A DNA stretch of 44,913 bases. Origin: Klebsiella phage ST13-OXA48phi12.5. The DNA is taken from sequence record MK714353.1. The stretch is one strand, 5' to 3'. The notes under the pieces were generated by a model that saw nothing but the letters and a program-made list of their open reading frames with translations, made no database searches and was not told the origin of the DNA. Shown one piece after another: positions 34,206 through 44,200 of the stretch (positions within the stretch are counted from its first letter, which is position 1; each line of letters begins with the position of its first letter). The position numbers and the translations under genes are program-made.

Positions 34206-36875
34206 ATGGCGGAAGGTGAAAATCTTGGCGGAGTCTACATTGAGATTGAGGCCGATGTTGCAAAATTGCTTACTGGTCAGCAGCAGGCGAATAAAGCCCT
34301 AGATAACATTGGCGATAATGCACAAAAAACATCAGGGCAATTCAAAAAGCTTGATACGCAACTTAACGCTACCTCGAAAGTGATGTCTTCAGGGTTAAGA
34401 GGGAGCGTTCAGCAGGCAGGTTATCAGATCCAGGACTTCATCGTTCAGGTCCAAGGTGGTCAATCTGCATTGGTAGCATTTAGTCAGCAAGGGTCGCAGC
34501 TGGCTGGAGCATTCGGGCCGGGTGGTGCTATCGTCGGGGCGCTAATCGCGCTTGGAACTGTTGTTGCAGGGACTTTAATTTCTTCTCTCAATGGTGGCAA
34601 AAGTGCAATGGATGCGCTTAAAGATGCCGCCGAGAGGATGAACGACGTTATCTCAGTTTCCTCTCAGGGGATCGCTGCACTTTCTGACAAATACGCAAAC
34701 CTTGCCAGGGTTAATGTCACGGCAGCAACACTGCTGAGAAATCAGGCTCTGATTGAATATAACCAAGCCATCTCGAAAATACCTAAAGCGATAGGAGAGG
34801 CGGCTGACTCTGTTCTTTCGTTTGGAGATAAGGCCATATCAGCGTTAGCTGGCGGTTATGCTTCCGTTGAAGGGTTTAATGATCGCCTAAATTCGCTAAA
34901 TATAACGACTAGCGATTACTCTTCTGCAATGAAACAGGCATATGGCGCAGGAATGAATTTCCGAGCAACGGCTGACTCTATCGGTAATACAGTAGGTGCC
35001 GTAGCCTCTAAGTTGGGTATTTCTGAAGAGGCGGCGTTTGGGCTTACTAAGCAGCTCGCAGATCTTAGTGACAACCCGTCTCCGCAGGCACTGCAAACAC
35101 TAGTTTTGAGAATTAATGAAATCATCAACTCCTCAAAAAATGCAAAGCCAGAGTTGATTGAGCTATACAATAAACTCACAGATTTGTCTACCAGCGCATC
35201 AAATGCCGCCGTTAATTTTGAGATACTGAAAAAATCAACAGATAACCTGACATCTGGGCAAAAAAGTTTAATTCAACAGTCCGAAAGGAATCTGGCGTTA
35301 TCTAAATTGCAAGGTGCAGCAAGGGCAAAATTAGCGGCTCAATATGCAGCTGAGGACGCGGGATTCTCGAAAGACGATCCGCACACCAAGCGAATGATGG
35401 ATGATGCTGCCGCGACTTACACCAATCTCGATTCGCATAAGAAGCTGACAGCGGAGCAGAAGAAAGGTGAGAGTCAGGCAGAGAGAAATGCAAAAGTTGT
35501 CGAAGAGTACAGCCAGAAAGCAAAATTGGCTGCCGATTCTACAAGCGAACTCTCGCGCGAACAGGCGATACTGGCAGCAAAACAGAAGTTAACGAATGCT
35601 ACACCGCAGCAGGTTGCTCAAGTTGAACGTGATGCAGCGGCGGCATGGGATACGGCCAATGCTCTCAAAGCCCAAGCCGCCGCTCAAAAGCTCCTCCCTG
35701 AAACAAGAGAGAACGCCTCTTATCAGCAGGATATGAAGGATCTGAAAACTGCTCTTGATGGGAAGAGGATTACCCAGCAACAGTACGATCAAACCAGTGA
35801 GCAACTGGAGGCCCAGCATCAGGCCAACCTTGCCAAAATACGCTCGCAGCAGGTGGTTAACCCCACCCAGCAGGCACTTGCAGAAGTTGACCCGGTGCAG
35901 CAATTGGCCAACCAGCACGCGCAGGAGCTGGCGCTGATTCAGCAGTTCGAGCAGCAAGGGGTTCTCGCCCATGAGAATGCATTAGCGCTGAAAAATGCCG
36001 CTGACCGGCAATATGAGCAGCAGCGGATCGCAGCTCAATGGGAAATCCTCAGCCAGCAGAGCCTAGGTTATAACATGCTGACGAGTGCGTTGGACGCCTT
36101 CAGCGGGAATGCCTCTAACGCAATTACTGGACTGCTTACTGGCACAATGTCAGCACAGGAGGCGATGCAGTCACTCGGCAATACCATCCTGAACAGCGTG
36201 ATCAACAGCATTGTCCAGGTGGGTGTGGAGATGCTGAAGAACTTCATCTTATCTCAGACGCTGGGGGCTGCTGCTCAGGCTGCAAATGCTGCGTCTGCTA
36301 CTGCAGGGGGGGCTGCGGCCCTCGCAGCTTGGACGCCGGCAGCAATTGCCGCCTCAATTGCTACTGGGGGAACAGCTTCAGCAACAGGCTTAACCGCGTA
36401 TCAGGGGGCGCAAGCCGCCGGATTGGCAACAAGTGTGCTCGGTGGCCGCAAAAATGGGGGCCCTGTAACAGCCGGCGGAGTGTACCCTGTAGGCGAAGGG
36501 AACCTCCCGGAGTTCATGCAGACCAGCAAAGGTCTATTCATGATCCCTGGTGATGATGGTCGAGTTTTCAGTAACAAGGATGTGACAAGCGGGTCACCGC
36601 GTATCAAGAAAGCCTCGACGGGTAGTGAATACCAAAGCCAGAGCAGCCGCGACAGTGGTTCAACAGGATCGCAGTCGTCGAAATCTATATCGGTAAACGT
36701 TCAGTTCTATGATCAGACTTCCGGCGGACAGCATTCATTCCAGGCGCAGGCCAGCCAGGAAGGTAGCGTCGTGACAGTAGAGGGTTTTCTTACCGATGTT
36801 GATCGCAATGGACCAATGTCCTCTGCAATTCAAAGCGCTTTTGGTCTCGGAAGAAAAGCGCAAGGTGCTTACTGA
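34206..36875 (+). CDS. Tail tape measure protein
   Basis: About 890 aa, Ala/Gln/Leu-rich helical protein with a Gly-rich C-terminal region. Position and size are canonical. ATG at 34206 with a GGAGG Shine-Dalgarno; the track TTG start at 34191 is upstream. Confidence 0.85.
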   Translation: MAEGENLGGVYIEIEADVAKLLTGQQQANKALDNIGDNAQKTSGQFKKLDTQLNATSKVMSSGLRGSVQQAGYQIQDFIVQVQGGQSALVAFSQQGSQLAGAFGPGGAIVGALIALGTVVAGTLISSLNGGKSAMDALKDAAERMNDVISVSSQGIAALSDKYANLARVNVTAATLLRNQALIEYNQAISKIPKAIGEAADSVLSFGDKAISALAGGYASVEGFNDRLNSLNITTSDYSSAMKQAYGAGMNFRATADSIGNTVGAVASKLGISEEAAFGLTKQLADLSDNPSPQALQTLVLRINEIINSSKNAKPELIELYNKLTDLSTSASNAAVNFEILKKSTDNLTSGQKSLIQQSERNLALSKLQGAARAKLAAQYAAEDAGFSKDDPHTKRMMDDAAATYTNLDSHKKLTAEQKKGESQAERNAKVVEEYSQKAKLAADSTSELSREQAILAAKQKLTNATPQQVAQVERDAAAAWDTANALKAQAAAQKLLPETRENASYQQDMKDLKTALDGKRITQQQYDQTSEQLEAQHQANLAKIRSQQVVNPTQQALAEVDPVQQLANQHAQELALIQQFEQQGVLAHENALALKNAADRQYEQQRIAAQWEILSQQSLGYNMLTSALDAFSGNASNAITGLLTGTMSAQEAMQSLGNTILNSVINSIVQVGVEMLKNFILSQTLGAAAQAANAASATAGGAAALAAWTPAAIAASIATGGTASATGLTAYQGAQAAGLATSVLGGRKNGGPVTAGGVYPVGEGNLPEFMQTSKGLFMIPGDDGRVFSNKDVTSGSPRIKKASTGSEYQSQSSRDSGSTGSQSSKSISVNVQFYDQTSGGQHSFQAQASQEGSVVTVEGFLTDVDRNGPMSSAIQSAFGLGRKAQGAY

Positions 36876-36881
36876 ACCAAA

Positions 36882-36901
36882 CCCGCTCCGGCGGGTTTTT
36901 T
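36882..36901 (+). terminator. Rho-independent terminator after the tape measure gene
   Basis: CCCGC-TCCG-GCGGG hairpin followed by TTTTTT. Confidence 0.55.
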
Positions 36902-37071
36902 AATGGGTGAACATAATGAAAGTAGCAATCGAAGTTAATGGCGAGGTTCTCTGGTACCGCGACAGCGATAAACAGGAGGGGATGGCGTCGTTGGGCTACT
37001 TGAAGGACGGCACACAGTAGAAAATTATTACCGCCCTTGAGGATGCCTTAAATCAGGCAAAGGGTGAGCAT

Positions 37072-37341
37072 CTATGCTGGAATGACGGTAATTGAATGGC
37101 GTACGGACGCCGATCCACCTCCTATATCAAGGGTGACATTCCAGTACCCCGAGTGTGGTACATGCAAGTGTGCAGGCAGTTTCTCAAAGAAACCTCCGCC
37201 ACCGTGATGCTGGAACCCCCTCCGGCTGCGGTAGTTGTTAAAATTTGAATCAGTCATCAGTAAAACGTTGCACTGATGAGAGCAGTCAACAACAACCGTA
37301 TCACCGGCGTTGAGATGCATTCGTGTATGCAAGAAATTCAT
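37072..37341 (-). CDS. Hypothetical 89-aa protein encoded antisense to the tail operon (moron candidate)
   Basis: Minus-strand ORF in a 590-bp gap between the tape-measure and minor-tail genes. No competing plus-strand ORF. The GDTVVVDCSHQCNVLLMTDSNF block feels like a conserved DUF, but I cannot name it. Confidence 0.35.
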   Translation of the reverse strand: MNFLHTRMHLNAGDTVVVDCSHQCNVLLMTDSNFNNYRSRRGFQHHGGGGFFEKLPAHLHVPHSGYWNVTLDIGGGSASVRHSITVIPA

Positions 37342-37467
37342 TCTGATTCCTTATTTGTGTAGCCAGCTAGCACCTGGCAATAACACGATAATGGTAAAAA
37401 ACATTTCGTTACATCCTGATAAAAGATCAGTGCCGCAGCCGCGGCTTTTTTAATCCCCGGAGGAAAC

Positions 37468-37944
37468 GTGGCAACTGTTCAATACCCTCCGTTCCTGCCG
37501 CTTCCCCAGCGCGCCGATCAGAACATGACGCAGGATACAGCCTGGCAGACGACGCAGACGGCAGTCGGTCCATTGATAATCACGCCGATTACTACTGACT
37601 TGAAAGCAACCTGGACGCTGCAGTGGATATTCACGCTTGCCCAGGCCGAGCGGTTTAAGTCATGGCTGCGCTCGCCGACATACTGCGACCGCGGGCGTAA
37701 CTGGTTCCAGATGCCGATCGACCTGGGTGATACGCAGGGCGTGCAGCAGCAGACGCTGCATTTCGTCGATATGCCGGTGCAGACCAGCAAAAACGGCAGC
37801 GTCGTCACCTGGACCGCAACGGTCATCAGCAACGGTATCGAGGACATTACCGAGGACTATGACAACTGGATCGTTGAGGCCCAGCCTGGCTATGGATACT
37901 GGCTGGATTACCTGATTACCGAAGTTATGCCGAGGGCCGACTGA
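37468..37944 (+). CDS. Minor tail protein (distal tail/gpM-position)
   Basis: First of four coupled genes after the tape measure. GTG start with a GGAGG Shine-Dalgarno. Confidence 0.45.
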   Translation: MATVQYPPFLPLPQRADQNMTQDTAWQTTQTAVGPLIITPITTDLKATWTLQWIFTLAQAERFKSWLRSPTYCDRGRNWFQMPIDLGDTQGVQQQTLHFVDMPVQTSKNGSVVTWTATVISNGIEDITEDYDNWIVEAQPGYGYWLDYLITEVMPRAD

Positions 37945-38414
37945 TGCCGACATTGAGAGAGTGGAAGGAGCGCCGGCCGGCGAGCGATATCAAACAGACG
38001 GTGGAATTTTATCATCCTGCGTTTGGTTATTACCGGGTGGTAAATAACCTGTTTCGTCCGTCGACGTTTGGCGGGAACTCATTCGAGCCTGCGCGGTTCA
38101 GTGTGACCGAGCCAGCGCAGGACGGAACGGCGGTCATATCAATGACGATCACTTTTGTCGCCGCGACGGAGCATGTCCGGCAGACACTGAAAAGCTGGCG
38201 CGGGGCGGCGCGCATGACGCCGATAAAGTGCCTGTATCAGCAGTGGAATGCGATCGGTGACACGGCGTCATTGAAAGACTGGACGCTTTACGTGAACGAT
38301 ATTTCCGCCGATGCCAGCAACGTCACCGTGACCGCTGGCAAGACTAACCCGCTGACGCTGGCCAACTCCATCATTTACACCACGAAAGACTATCCCGGGC
38401 TAATCACCGTATGA
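37944..38414 (+). CDS. Minor tail protein (gpL-position)
   Basis: TGATG-coupled, 156 aa. Confidence 0.45.
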   Translation: MPTLREWKERRPASDIKQTVEFYHPAFGYYRVVNNLFRPSTFGGNSFEPARFSVTEPAQDGTAVISMTITFVAATEHVRQTLKSWRGAARMTPIKCLYQQWNAIGDTASLKDWTLYVNDISADASNVTVTAGKTNPLTLANSIIYTTKDYPGLITV

Positions 38415-38806
38415 CACAGAGCGACTTTATCGGGCTCGTTAACGGCAAGCCCTGGGCTAACCGCGCCTGCAGTTTTGAGCAGATGGACTGTTGGGGACTC
38501 GTCGTTTTGTATTACCGGCATGTTCTCGGCCTGGAGCTGCATCACATCACCGGGTACGAGTCCGGCGCAGAGTTCGTCACCTGCTACGAACAGGAGCGCG
38601 CCCACTGGCGGCGTGTGCCGGTGGCGGCCACTGGCGGCATCGCCGTTTTTTACCGCGGCGAAGTGCCGGCGCATATCGGTGTGATGACCAGCCCGGTTAA
38701 GTGCCTGCATGCCCGCGGGGAATTTGGTTTCGTGCGCTGCGACAGCCCGCTGGCATTACTGAAGGTTTACAGCAAAGTGGAGTACATGGTGCATGGTTCG
38801 ATATGA
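38411..38806 (+). CDS. Tail-associated NlpC/P60-family peptidase (gpK-like)
   Basis: Cys-His pair in the NlpC/P60 arrangement (MDCWGLVVLYY ... AHIGVM). ATGA-coupled. Confidence 0.6.
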   Translation: MTQSDFIGLVNGKPWANRACSFEQMDCWGLVVLYYRHVLGLELHHITGYESGAEFVTCYEQERAHWRRVPVAATGGIAVFYRGEVPAHIGVMTSPVKCLHARGEFGFVRCDSPLALLKVYSKVEYMVHGSI

Positions 38807-41270
38807 GTTACAGAGGCTGCCAGGCGCGCCGCTGCAGCGGGGGACGGTAGATGGCGGCACCACACTGGTGAGCCTGCTGGATTCTCTGCAGCTGCACCGC
38901 GATGTTATCGTGAAACTGAATGGCCGAGCTCTGTCTGACGATTACGACATTAGCCGGCCACTGCGATCTGGCGACGTCGTGGCTGTTTTCGACCAGCCAG
39001 AGGGCGGGGTGGGAAAGCTCATCACCACGATATTGCGTCCGGTCACGAAAATCCTCTCCGGCGCGCTGAAGGTGTTCGGCCTGTCAAATAAGCCCAGTGC
39101 GTCGGTATCGGTTGCGACAGGCGAATCCCCTAACAACGACTTAACTGGCCAGACGAACCGCGCGCGGCTCTACAAGGGGCGCCCTAACATTTACGGCCAG
39201 TGCCGCGTCTTTCCTGACCTGATTCAGGAAGCACTGTTCGAGTTCGTCGACAATAACAAACAATTGACGGAATGGTTCGAGGTCGGTTACGGCCGGTACA
39301 CGATATCGTCGATCCGATACTCGGAATCGAACCTCGGCAGCCTGGCGGGCGCGAGTTCTGCGATTTATAACCCTGGTGACGTGATCGGCACGATTGAAGT
39401 CGGGTATCAGTTCGACGACGTCGATAACGAAACTGTCCCCGGCCTGAACGAAAGTCAGGACTTCCCGGCTCAGACCGCTACCACGACGGCGCCGACATCG
39501 GTGGCGATCGAGAGTAATCAGCTCAAAGCCATTGTGCTGTCGAACGATGACAACTTTGCATACTTCGCCGCACTGGCGGTGCCACACCCCGTGTCATTCG
39601 TCATTAATGCTACCTGGAACGACGGCGGCACAAGCGTCACACGCAACGTCACCGGCGCCGGGAACATCATCTCCTCTGAGAGCTTTATCGGAGACGACAC
39701 GCTGTCGTACACGACGTTCTATATCGGCGAGCTTTCGGGAGAAATTACGTCTCTGCCGGGCAATGCGGTTATCAACGCGACGCTGTTCACGCTGAATGAC
39801 CAGACCCCTCTGGTTATCGGACCGTCAGTGTCGCCGATCGTCTCCACTCAGGTCTGGGTGCATGTGCTGGTTCAGCTCGGCGCGACGGCCGGCACAACGC
39901 AATACCGGATCAAGTTCTGGCAGGTCGATGACGACAACAATCAGGTGCCGGGGACATCCGAGCAGCACGATTATTTCTTCGATAACGACTTCCAGGTGAC
40001 GACCCGGTATTTCCGCACAACGCATAAGTTCGTTCCGGCAGCCGGGGCAGGGCGCTATGCGGTGACCATCGAGCGCCTCGACAACAGCAATGACGCCAAC
40101 GTCGTGACGCTGATGGCGATCCACGCAGTGAACGTGCGCGAAAACGTCGTGTATCCGGAAGACACGATTGCTCGCATCACGATCAAAGGCTCGAACGACA
40201 GCAACAGCAACCGTGAGCAGAAGTACAACATGCTGGCGCAGCGGCATACCATCAGCTACGACCGGACTACTGGCACGGTCGATTACACGCTGCGGCCGAG
40301 TCGCTCGTTTGCAGACGCCATCCTTCACGAATGGGTGGTTGTCGGTAAGCAGGACGTAGCCAGTATTGACGTCGCCGCTCTGTATGCCATTGCCGATTCG
40401 CTGCCTGATGAGGCGCTTGGGTATTTCGATTACACCTTCTCGGATGAGAAACAGCCGTTGGGTGAGCGCATAGCGACGATCGCCAATGTGGCCCGCGTTG
40501 ACGGCAACAATATCGGCGATGTGCTGACGTTCTGGCGTGATGAGAAAGTGACAAATCCAGATGCGGTTTTTGCGCGCTCAAACATGTTCTGGGACGAGTA
40601 CAAGGTCGCCTGGCAAATGTCTCTCCCCGGTGGTTACGACGGCGTGGCGCTGGATTACGTCGACCCGCTGACGAACAAGAAGGCGTACATCTACCTGCAG
40701 ATCGACAGCAGCGGCATCACTGAGGTTGAGGATGCTACTGTTAACGCGATGCAGATCAGCCTGGACGGCTGCCGCAACGCCACTCAGGCAACCGATCGGG
40801 CCTGGCTTGAGGCGAGGAAAATCCTTTACTCACGCCTGACAATGACGGTGAAAGTGCTGGAAGAAACGCAGGTCGTGCGCGGTACGGTGGTTCAGTGTCC
40901 GGACATGTACGACAACGCGCAGCAAACCGGATATATCACCGGGCGATCCGGAGACGTGTTTGCGACCTCAGAGCGTATCGACTTTTCTCTCGGCGATATG
41001 TGGGTGGTGATGACCGACAGCCTCGGTAATTACCGCGGGCGCTGGCGAGCCTATCCGGTAAGCGGCAAAGCCCAGGCATTTCAGGCTGCAGCCGATACCT
41101 TCGATTTGAACATTTATGACCGCAGCACGGTGCAAAACCCCAGCCGATATTTCATCGCTACCGACTCGGAACTGAACTCCACAATCTGGCGCGTCGATAG
41201 CGCCAAACCTAACGGTGACGATACTCAAACGCTATCCCTGGCTGAGTATTCAGACTCGATTTATCCGTAA
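38793..41270 (+). CDS. Tail tip / host-specificity protein (J-like central fibre; ubiquitin-like beta-grasp N-terminus)
   Basis: 825 aa following the K-like gene. The N-terminal VIVKLNGRALSDDYDISRPLRSGDVVAVF is ThiS/MoaD-like, as in gpI-type tail assembly domains. Confidence 0.55.
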   Translation: MVRYELQRLPGAPLQRGTVDGGTTLVSLLDSLQLHRDVIVKLNGRALSDDYDISRPLRSGDVVAVFDQPEGGVGKLITTILRPVTKILSGALKVFGLSNKPSASVSVATGESPNNDLTGQTNRARLYKGRPNIYGQCRVFPDLIQEALFEFVDNNKQLTEWFEVGYGRYTISSIRYSESNLGSLAGASSAIYNPGDVIGTIEVGYQFDDVDNETVPGLNESQDFPAQTATTTAPTSVAIESNQLKAIVLSNDDNFAYFAALAVPHPVSFVINATWNDGGTSVTRNVTGAGNIISSESFIGDDTLSYTTFYIGELSGEITSLPGNAVINATLFTLNDQTPLVIGPSVSPIVSTQVWVHVLVQLGATAGTTQYRIKFWQVDDDNNQVPGTSEQHDYFFDNDFQVTTRYFRTTHKFVPAAGAGRYAVTIERLDNSNDANVVTLMAIHAVNVRENVVYPEDTIARITIKGSNDSNSNREQKYNMLAQRHTISYDRTTGTVDYTLRPSRSFADAILHEWVVVGKQDVASIDVAALYAIADSLPDEALGYFDYTFSDEKQPLGERIATIANVARVDGNNIGDVLTFWRDEKVTNPDAVFARSNMFWDEYKVAWQMSLPGGYDGVALDYVDPLTNKKAYIYLQIDSSGITEVEDATVNAMQISLDGCRNATQATDRAWLEARKILYSRLTMTVKVLEETQVVRGTVVQCPDMYDNAQQTGYITGRSGDVFATSERIDFSLGDMWVVMTDSLGNYRGRWRAYPVSGKAQAFQAAADTFDLNIYDRSTVQNPSRYFIATDSELNSTIWRVDSAKPNGDDTQTLSLAEYSDSIYP

Positions 41271-41355
41271 CACACAGCAGTAATTACCAACTTCGCGCAC
41301 ACCATCAGATTCACTTCTGAGGGCTTCGTGCGCCTTTTATAGGGCGACATGCACA

Positions 41356-43320
41356 ATGGCAGAAGTACCGTTACCAACTCCCACCGACAACCAGGTACCA
41401 AGTACTGATATTCGGGACGCAGTTTATGCTGGCGCCATGCTGGATAAGGTTGTCACCAGTACAGAGCTGAAATACACCGATCGCCTGGGCGGTGAGCACT
41501 ACACCGTAGATGGTATCAAAGCGGAAGGGGATAAAGTCGTTGAAGAAACGCGGCAGAACCTGATCCCTCTCAGCCGGCAGTATATGACACTCGCGGCAGC
41601 GCAGGCAGACATTGCTAATATACCAGTCAATTCAGCTATATATGTTCGTAATGCTGATGGCACATCTTTGGCGGATGAATACATTAACAACTCCGGTATA
41701 TTGACTGCGACTGGTCGAAAAATGCCATCACAGCAAATGTTGGATGCCGTATCGGAAACTGCAAATGATTCGAGTGATTTTCTGGCCACCGCTCAGACCG
41801 GGTTATATTTTGGTAATAATGAAACAATACCTTTCGTTATAGACAGTAGTAATAAACTAATACTCGGCTATGACTCTCATAAAGACGAGGTTATTGGGGC
41901 TGGTATGATCACCAGCGAAAAGGCAAAATCAATCAGCGATAGTGCAATTGATGAGCGAGAGGCAAATGGAAACACTGGTTTGTATGTTGGTTCAGGCACT
42001 ATCATTCCTTTAATGATTGATGGCAACAATAGACTAATACTCGGCTATGATGCAGAAAAAGACTCTGTTGTTGGCGCGGGATTGAACCAGTCCACAATTA
42101 CCCCAGAGAGGAAACCGCTTCCATTAGAATTAAGACCAATAGCAAAGGCTGTTAACCATACATTAGGGTATGGTCAATCACTTTCTATTGGAGCCACTGC
42201 AACAACAATTATTTCTAGTTCGCAGCCGTATTCAAATATTACTTTTTCAACCGGTCCTCGGGCAGCAAATAACGATGTTTCATCGCAAAAACCTCTTGTG
42301 GAAGATAATACCAGCCCTGCACCTGATGGCGGCACTAATCGCGGAGAAACATTCTGCTCGGGAATGGCTAACTACGCCCTAACGCTAGCAGCCATTGATA
42401 ATGGAATCATTCCATCTACACACGTTATTTTTGCCAGCACCGCAGGTAAGGGGGGGACTAAACTTGCAAACCTGATTAAAGGTACAGCCTGGTATAATGA
42501 TCACTTCCTGCTGCATGTGACTGGTCAGTATGCCTTGAACCATGACTCTGCGGTGCATATCATTCCGATTGCTCAGGGGGAGACCGATCTTGACCAGTCA
42601 CCCCCTACGACTGCTGCCGTATGGCGGGCCATGGCTGAGCAATTCCAGGTAGACGCCGAGTCAGATATTAAGGCTGTGAATGGGCAGACAAGTCCTGTTT
42701 TTGTTCAGTTTAGCCAGTGCTCTTACAAGGCTGCGCTCAGCCCAAATATCTGCCTGTCTCAGCTCGATTTGGTTCAAAAAAATAAAAAATTCAGGCTTGC
42801 AACTCCGCAGTACCATCTTCCGCGAGCATCAGATGGTACACACCTTACTAACGTTGGTTATAAATGGGATGGGGCTTACAGAGGGCGAGATTATAAAGAG
42901 TTGATGTTTGACGGAATCGAGTCGCAATATATCAATCCTGTTTCAGCCACACTTCGCGGAAAAACATTGACCTTAAAGTTTGATCGCATAAGGGTTCTTC
43001 CATTGAGGCTAGATAAAGAAAATCTGGCAGCAACAACAGATTATGGATTTCGTGTTAACGACTCAAATGGAAAGGTTAATATAACATCATCACGAAGTGT
43101 AGATGATACTGTTGTTATGGAGTTGGTAACAATACCAGTTGGGAATACCGTTGTCAGGTATGCCCTTGACTATCTTGGTGAAGGGTTGAACATCATTAAT
43201 GGTGCATCAGGTAACCTTCGGGACAGTGATACTTCTTTTATTACTATCAATAATGTTAATTACCCTATGTTTCAGATAGCTCCTCACTTCGAACTACCAG
43301 TTATTAAGGTTGGTGAATAA
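41356..43320 (+). CDS. Tail fibre / receptor-binding protein with internal tandem repeats and a C-terminal SGNH/SASA-like carbohydrate esterase domain
   Basis: Two ~59-aa repeats (TGLYFGNNETIPFVIDSSNKLILGYDSHKDEVIGAGM and TGLYVGSGTIIPLMIDGNNRLILGYDAEKDSVVGAGL). GYGQSLSIG is a GQSN-type nucleophile block, and DGTHL is a DxxH block. The 3' half is AT-rich. Confidence 0.6.
   Translation: MAEVPLPTPTDNQVPSTDIRDAVYAGAMLDKVVTSTELKYTDRLGGEHYTVDGIKAEGDKVVEETRQNLIPLSRQYMTLAAAQADIANIPVNSAIYVRNADGTSLADEYINNSGILTATGRKMPSQQMLDAVSETANDSSDFLATAQTGLYFGNNETIPFVIDSSNKLILGYDSHKDEVIGAGMITSEKAKSISDSAIDEREANGNTGLYVGSGTIIPLMIDGNNRLILGYDAEKDSVVGAGLNQSTITPERKPLPLELRPIAKAVNHTLGYGQSLSIGATATTIISSSQPYSNITFSTGPRAANNDVSSQKPLVEDNTSPAPDGGTNRGETFCSGMANYALTLAAIDNGIIPSTHVIFASTAGKGGTKLANLIKGTAWYNDHFLLHVTGQYALNHDSAVHIIPIAQGETDLDQSPPTTAAVWRAMAEQFQVDAESDIKAVNGQTSPVFVQFSQCSYKAALSPNICLSQLDLVQKNKKFRLATPQYHLPRASDGTHLTNVGYKWDGAYRGRDYKELMFDGIESQYINPVSATLRGKTLTLKFDRIRVLPLRLDKENLAATTDYGFRVNDSNGKVNITSSRSVDDTVVMELVTIPVGNTVVRYALDYLGEGLNIINGASGNLRDSDTSFITINNVNYPMFQIAPHFELPVIKVGE
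41797..42085 (+). repeat. Two tandem ~176-nt repeat units inside the tail fibre gene
   Basis: ACTAATACTCGGCTATGA occurs at 41857-41874 and again at 42033-42050. Both copies encode ...N(K/R)LILGYD... Confidence 0.6.
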
Positions 43321-44096
43321 TGTCTAGTTTTGTATTGCGGATAAATGCATTTAGTAGTGATACATCTATGCCAATTATTAATGAATCTGACTTATCATTT
43401 AATCAATTGCCACCTGTTGAAAGTGATGCGTGGGAGTTTTTTGCTCTGGATGGCACTGACTCATCATTGATAGGAACTTTAAATAATCGCGCCTTAACCA
43501 AGCAAAACACAGTTACATCAGGTGATAATTTCTTTACTCTTGCTATTGGGAGCAATGTTAAAAATGCTCTTGTTAGCACATTTGCGGATAGCCGCATACA
43601 AACCCAGGCATTAGTCATCCGTTTTCCTTCGCTGCCGACCAACTCCTTACAAATTCCATTCATTGCTGGCGCCATGAATAACAGCGCGGGTTCAGGACTG
43701 TATCTTGATCCAGGCTCTTCATTATCATTGCGGCGGCAGTTCAGGCCATCAATAACTGCATCAGAGCAACCGTATGCATCCCTGGCTAACAAATGGATAT
43801 TTGTGGCATTGTCAGAGAATGGTGATGGCTCTCATATGGATAGCACTCTGTTCTGCTCAAACGGAACAACTTCGCCATACTCGGTAGAGCGTACAGATGC
43901 TATTGCGAAAGTTCTGGCATCAACTGGTATCGGTGTTGGCCATGTAAACTATGTCACGCCAGCAGAACGGCCAACAATTAACATGGATGTGGCAGAGTAT
44001 GCCATTTTTGATACGGCGAAATCTCCCTCTGATCTCATTCAGATGTATAACCGCGCAAAGAGACGGATGGCAGACAGGGGGATAACATTGTCATAA
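43320..44096 (+). CDS. Hypothetical tail-fibre-associated protein (258 aa; second receptor-binding protein or chaperone candidate)
   Basis: TAATG-coupled to the fibre gene. AT-rich. No motif recognised. Confidence 0.35.
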   Translation: MSSFVLRINAFSSDTSMPIINESDLSFNQLPPVESDAWEFFALDGTDSSLIGTLNNRALTKQNTVTSGDNFFTLAIGSNVKNALVSTFADSRIQTQALVIRFPSLPTNSLQIPFIAGAMNNSAGSGLYLDPGSSLSLRRQFRPSITASEQPYASLANKWIFVALSENGDGSHMDSTLFCSNGTTSPYSVERTDAIAKVLASTGIGVGHVNYVTPAERPTINMDVAEYAIFDTAKSPSDLIQMYNRAKRRMADRGITLS

Positions 44097-44162
44097 TGCC
44101 ATGTAATTTATGTAATTTTTAAAATACCGACCAAAAGAATTGATCTGTTTTCACATAAAAAC

Positions 44163-44182
44163 TACTGTATATAAAAACAGTA
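44163..44182 (+). promoter_or_regulatory. LexA (SOS) box overlapping the promoter of the downstream two-gene operon
   Basis: TACTGTATATAAAAACAGTA has the CTGT-N8-ACAG core and matches the TACTGTATATATATACAGTA consensus at 18/20 positions. Lies 19 nt upstream of the ATG at 44201. A TTGATC -35-like hexamer sits at 44140-44145. Confidence 0.7.
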
Positions 44183-44200
44183 TTTATTGGAGGGCAGATC

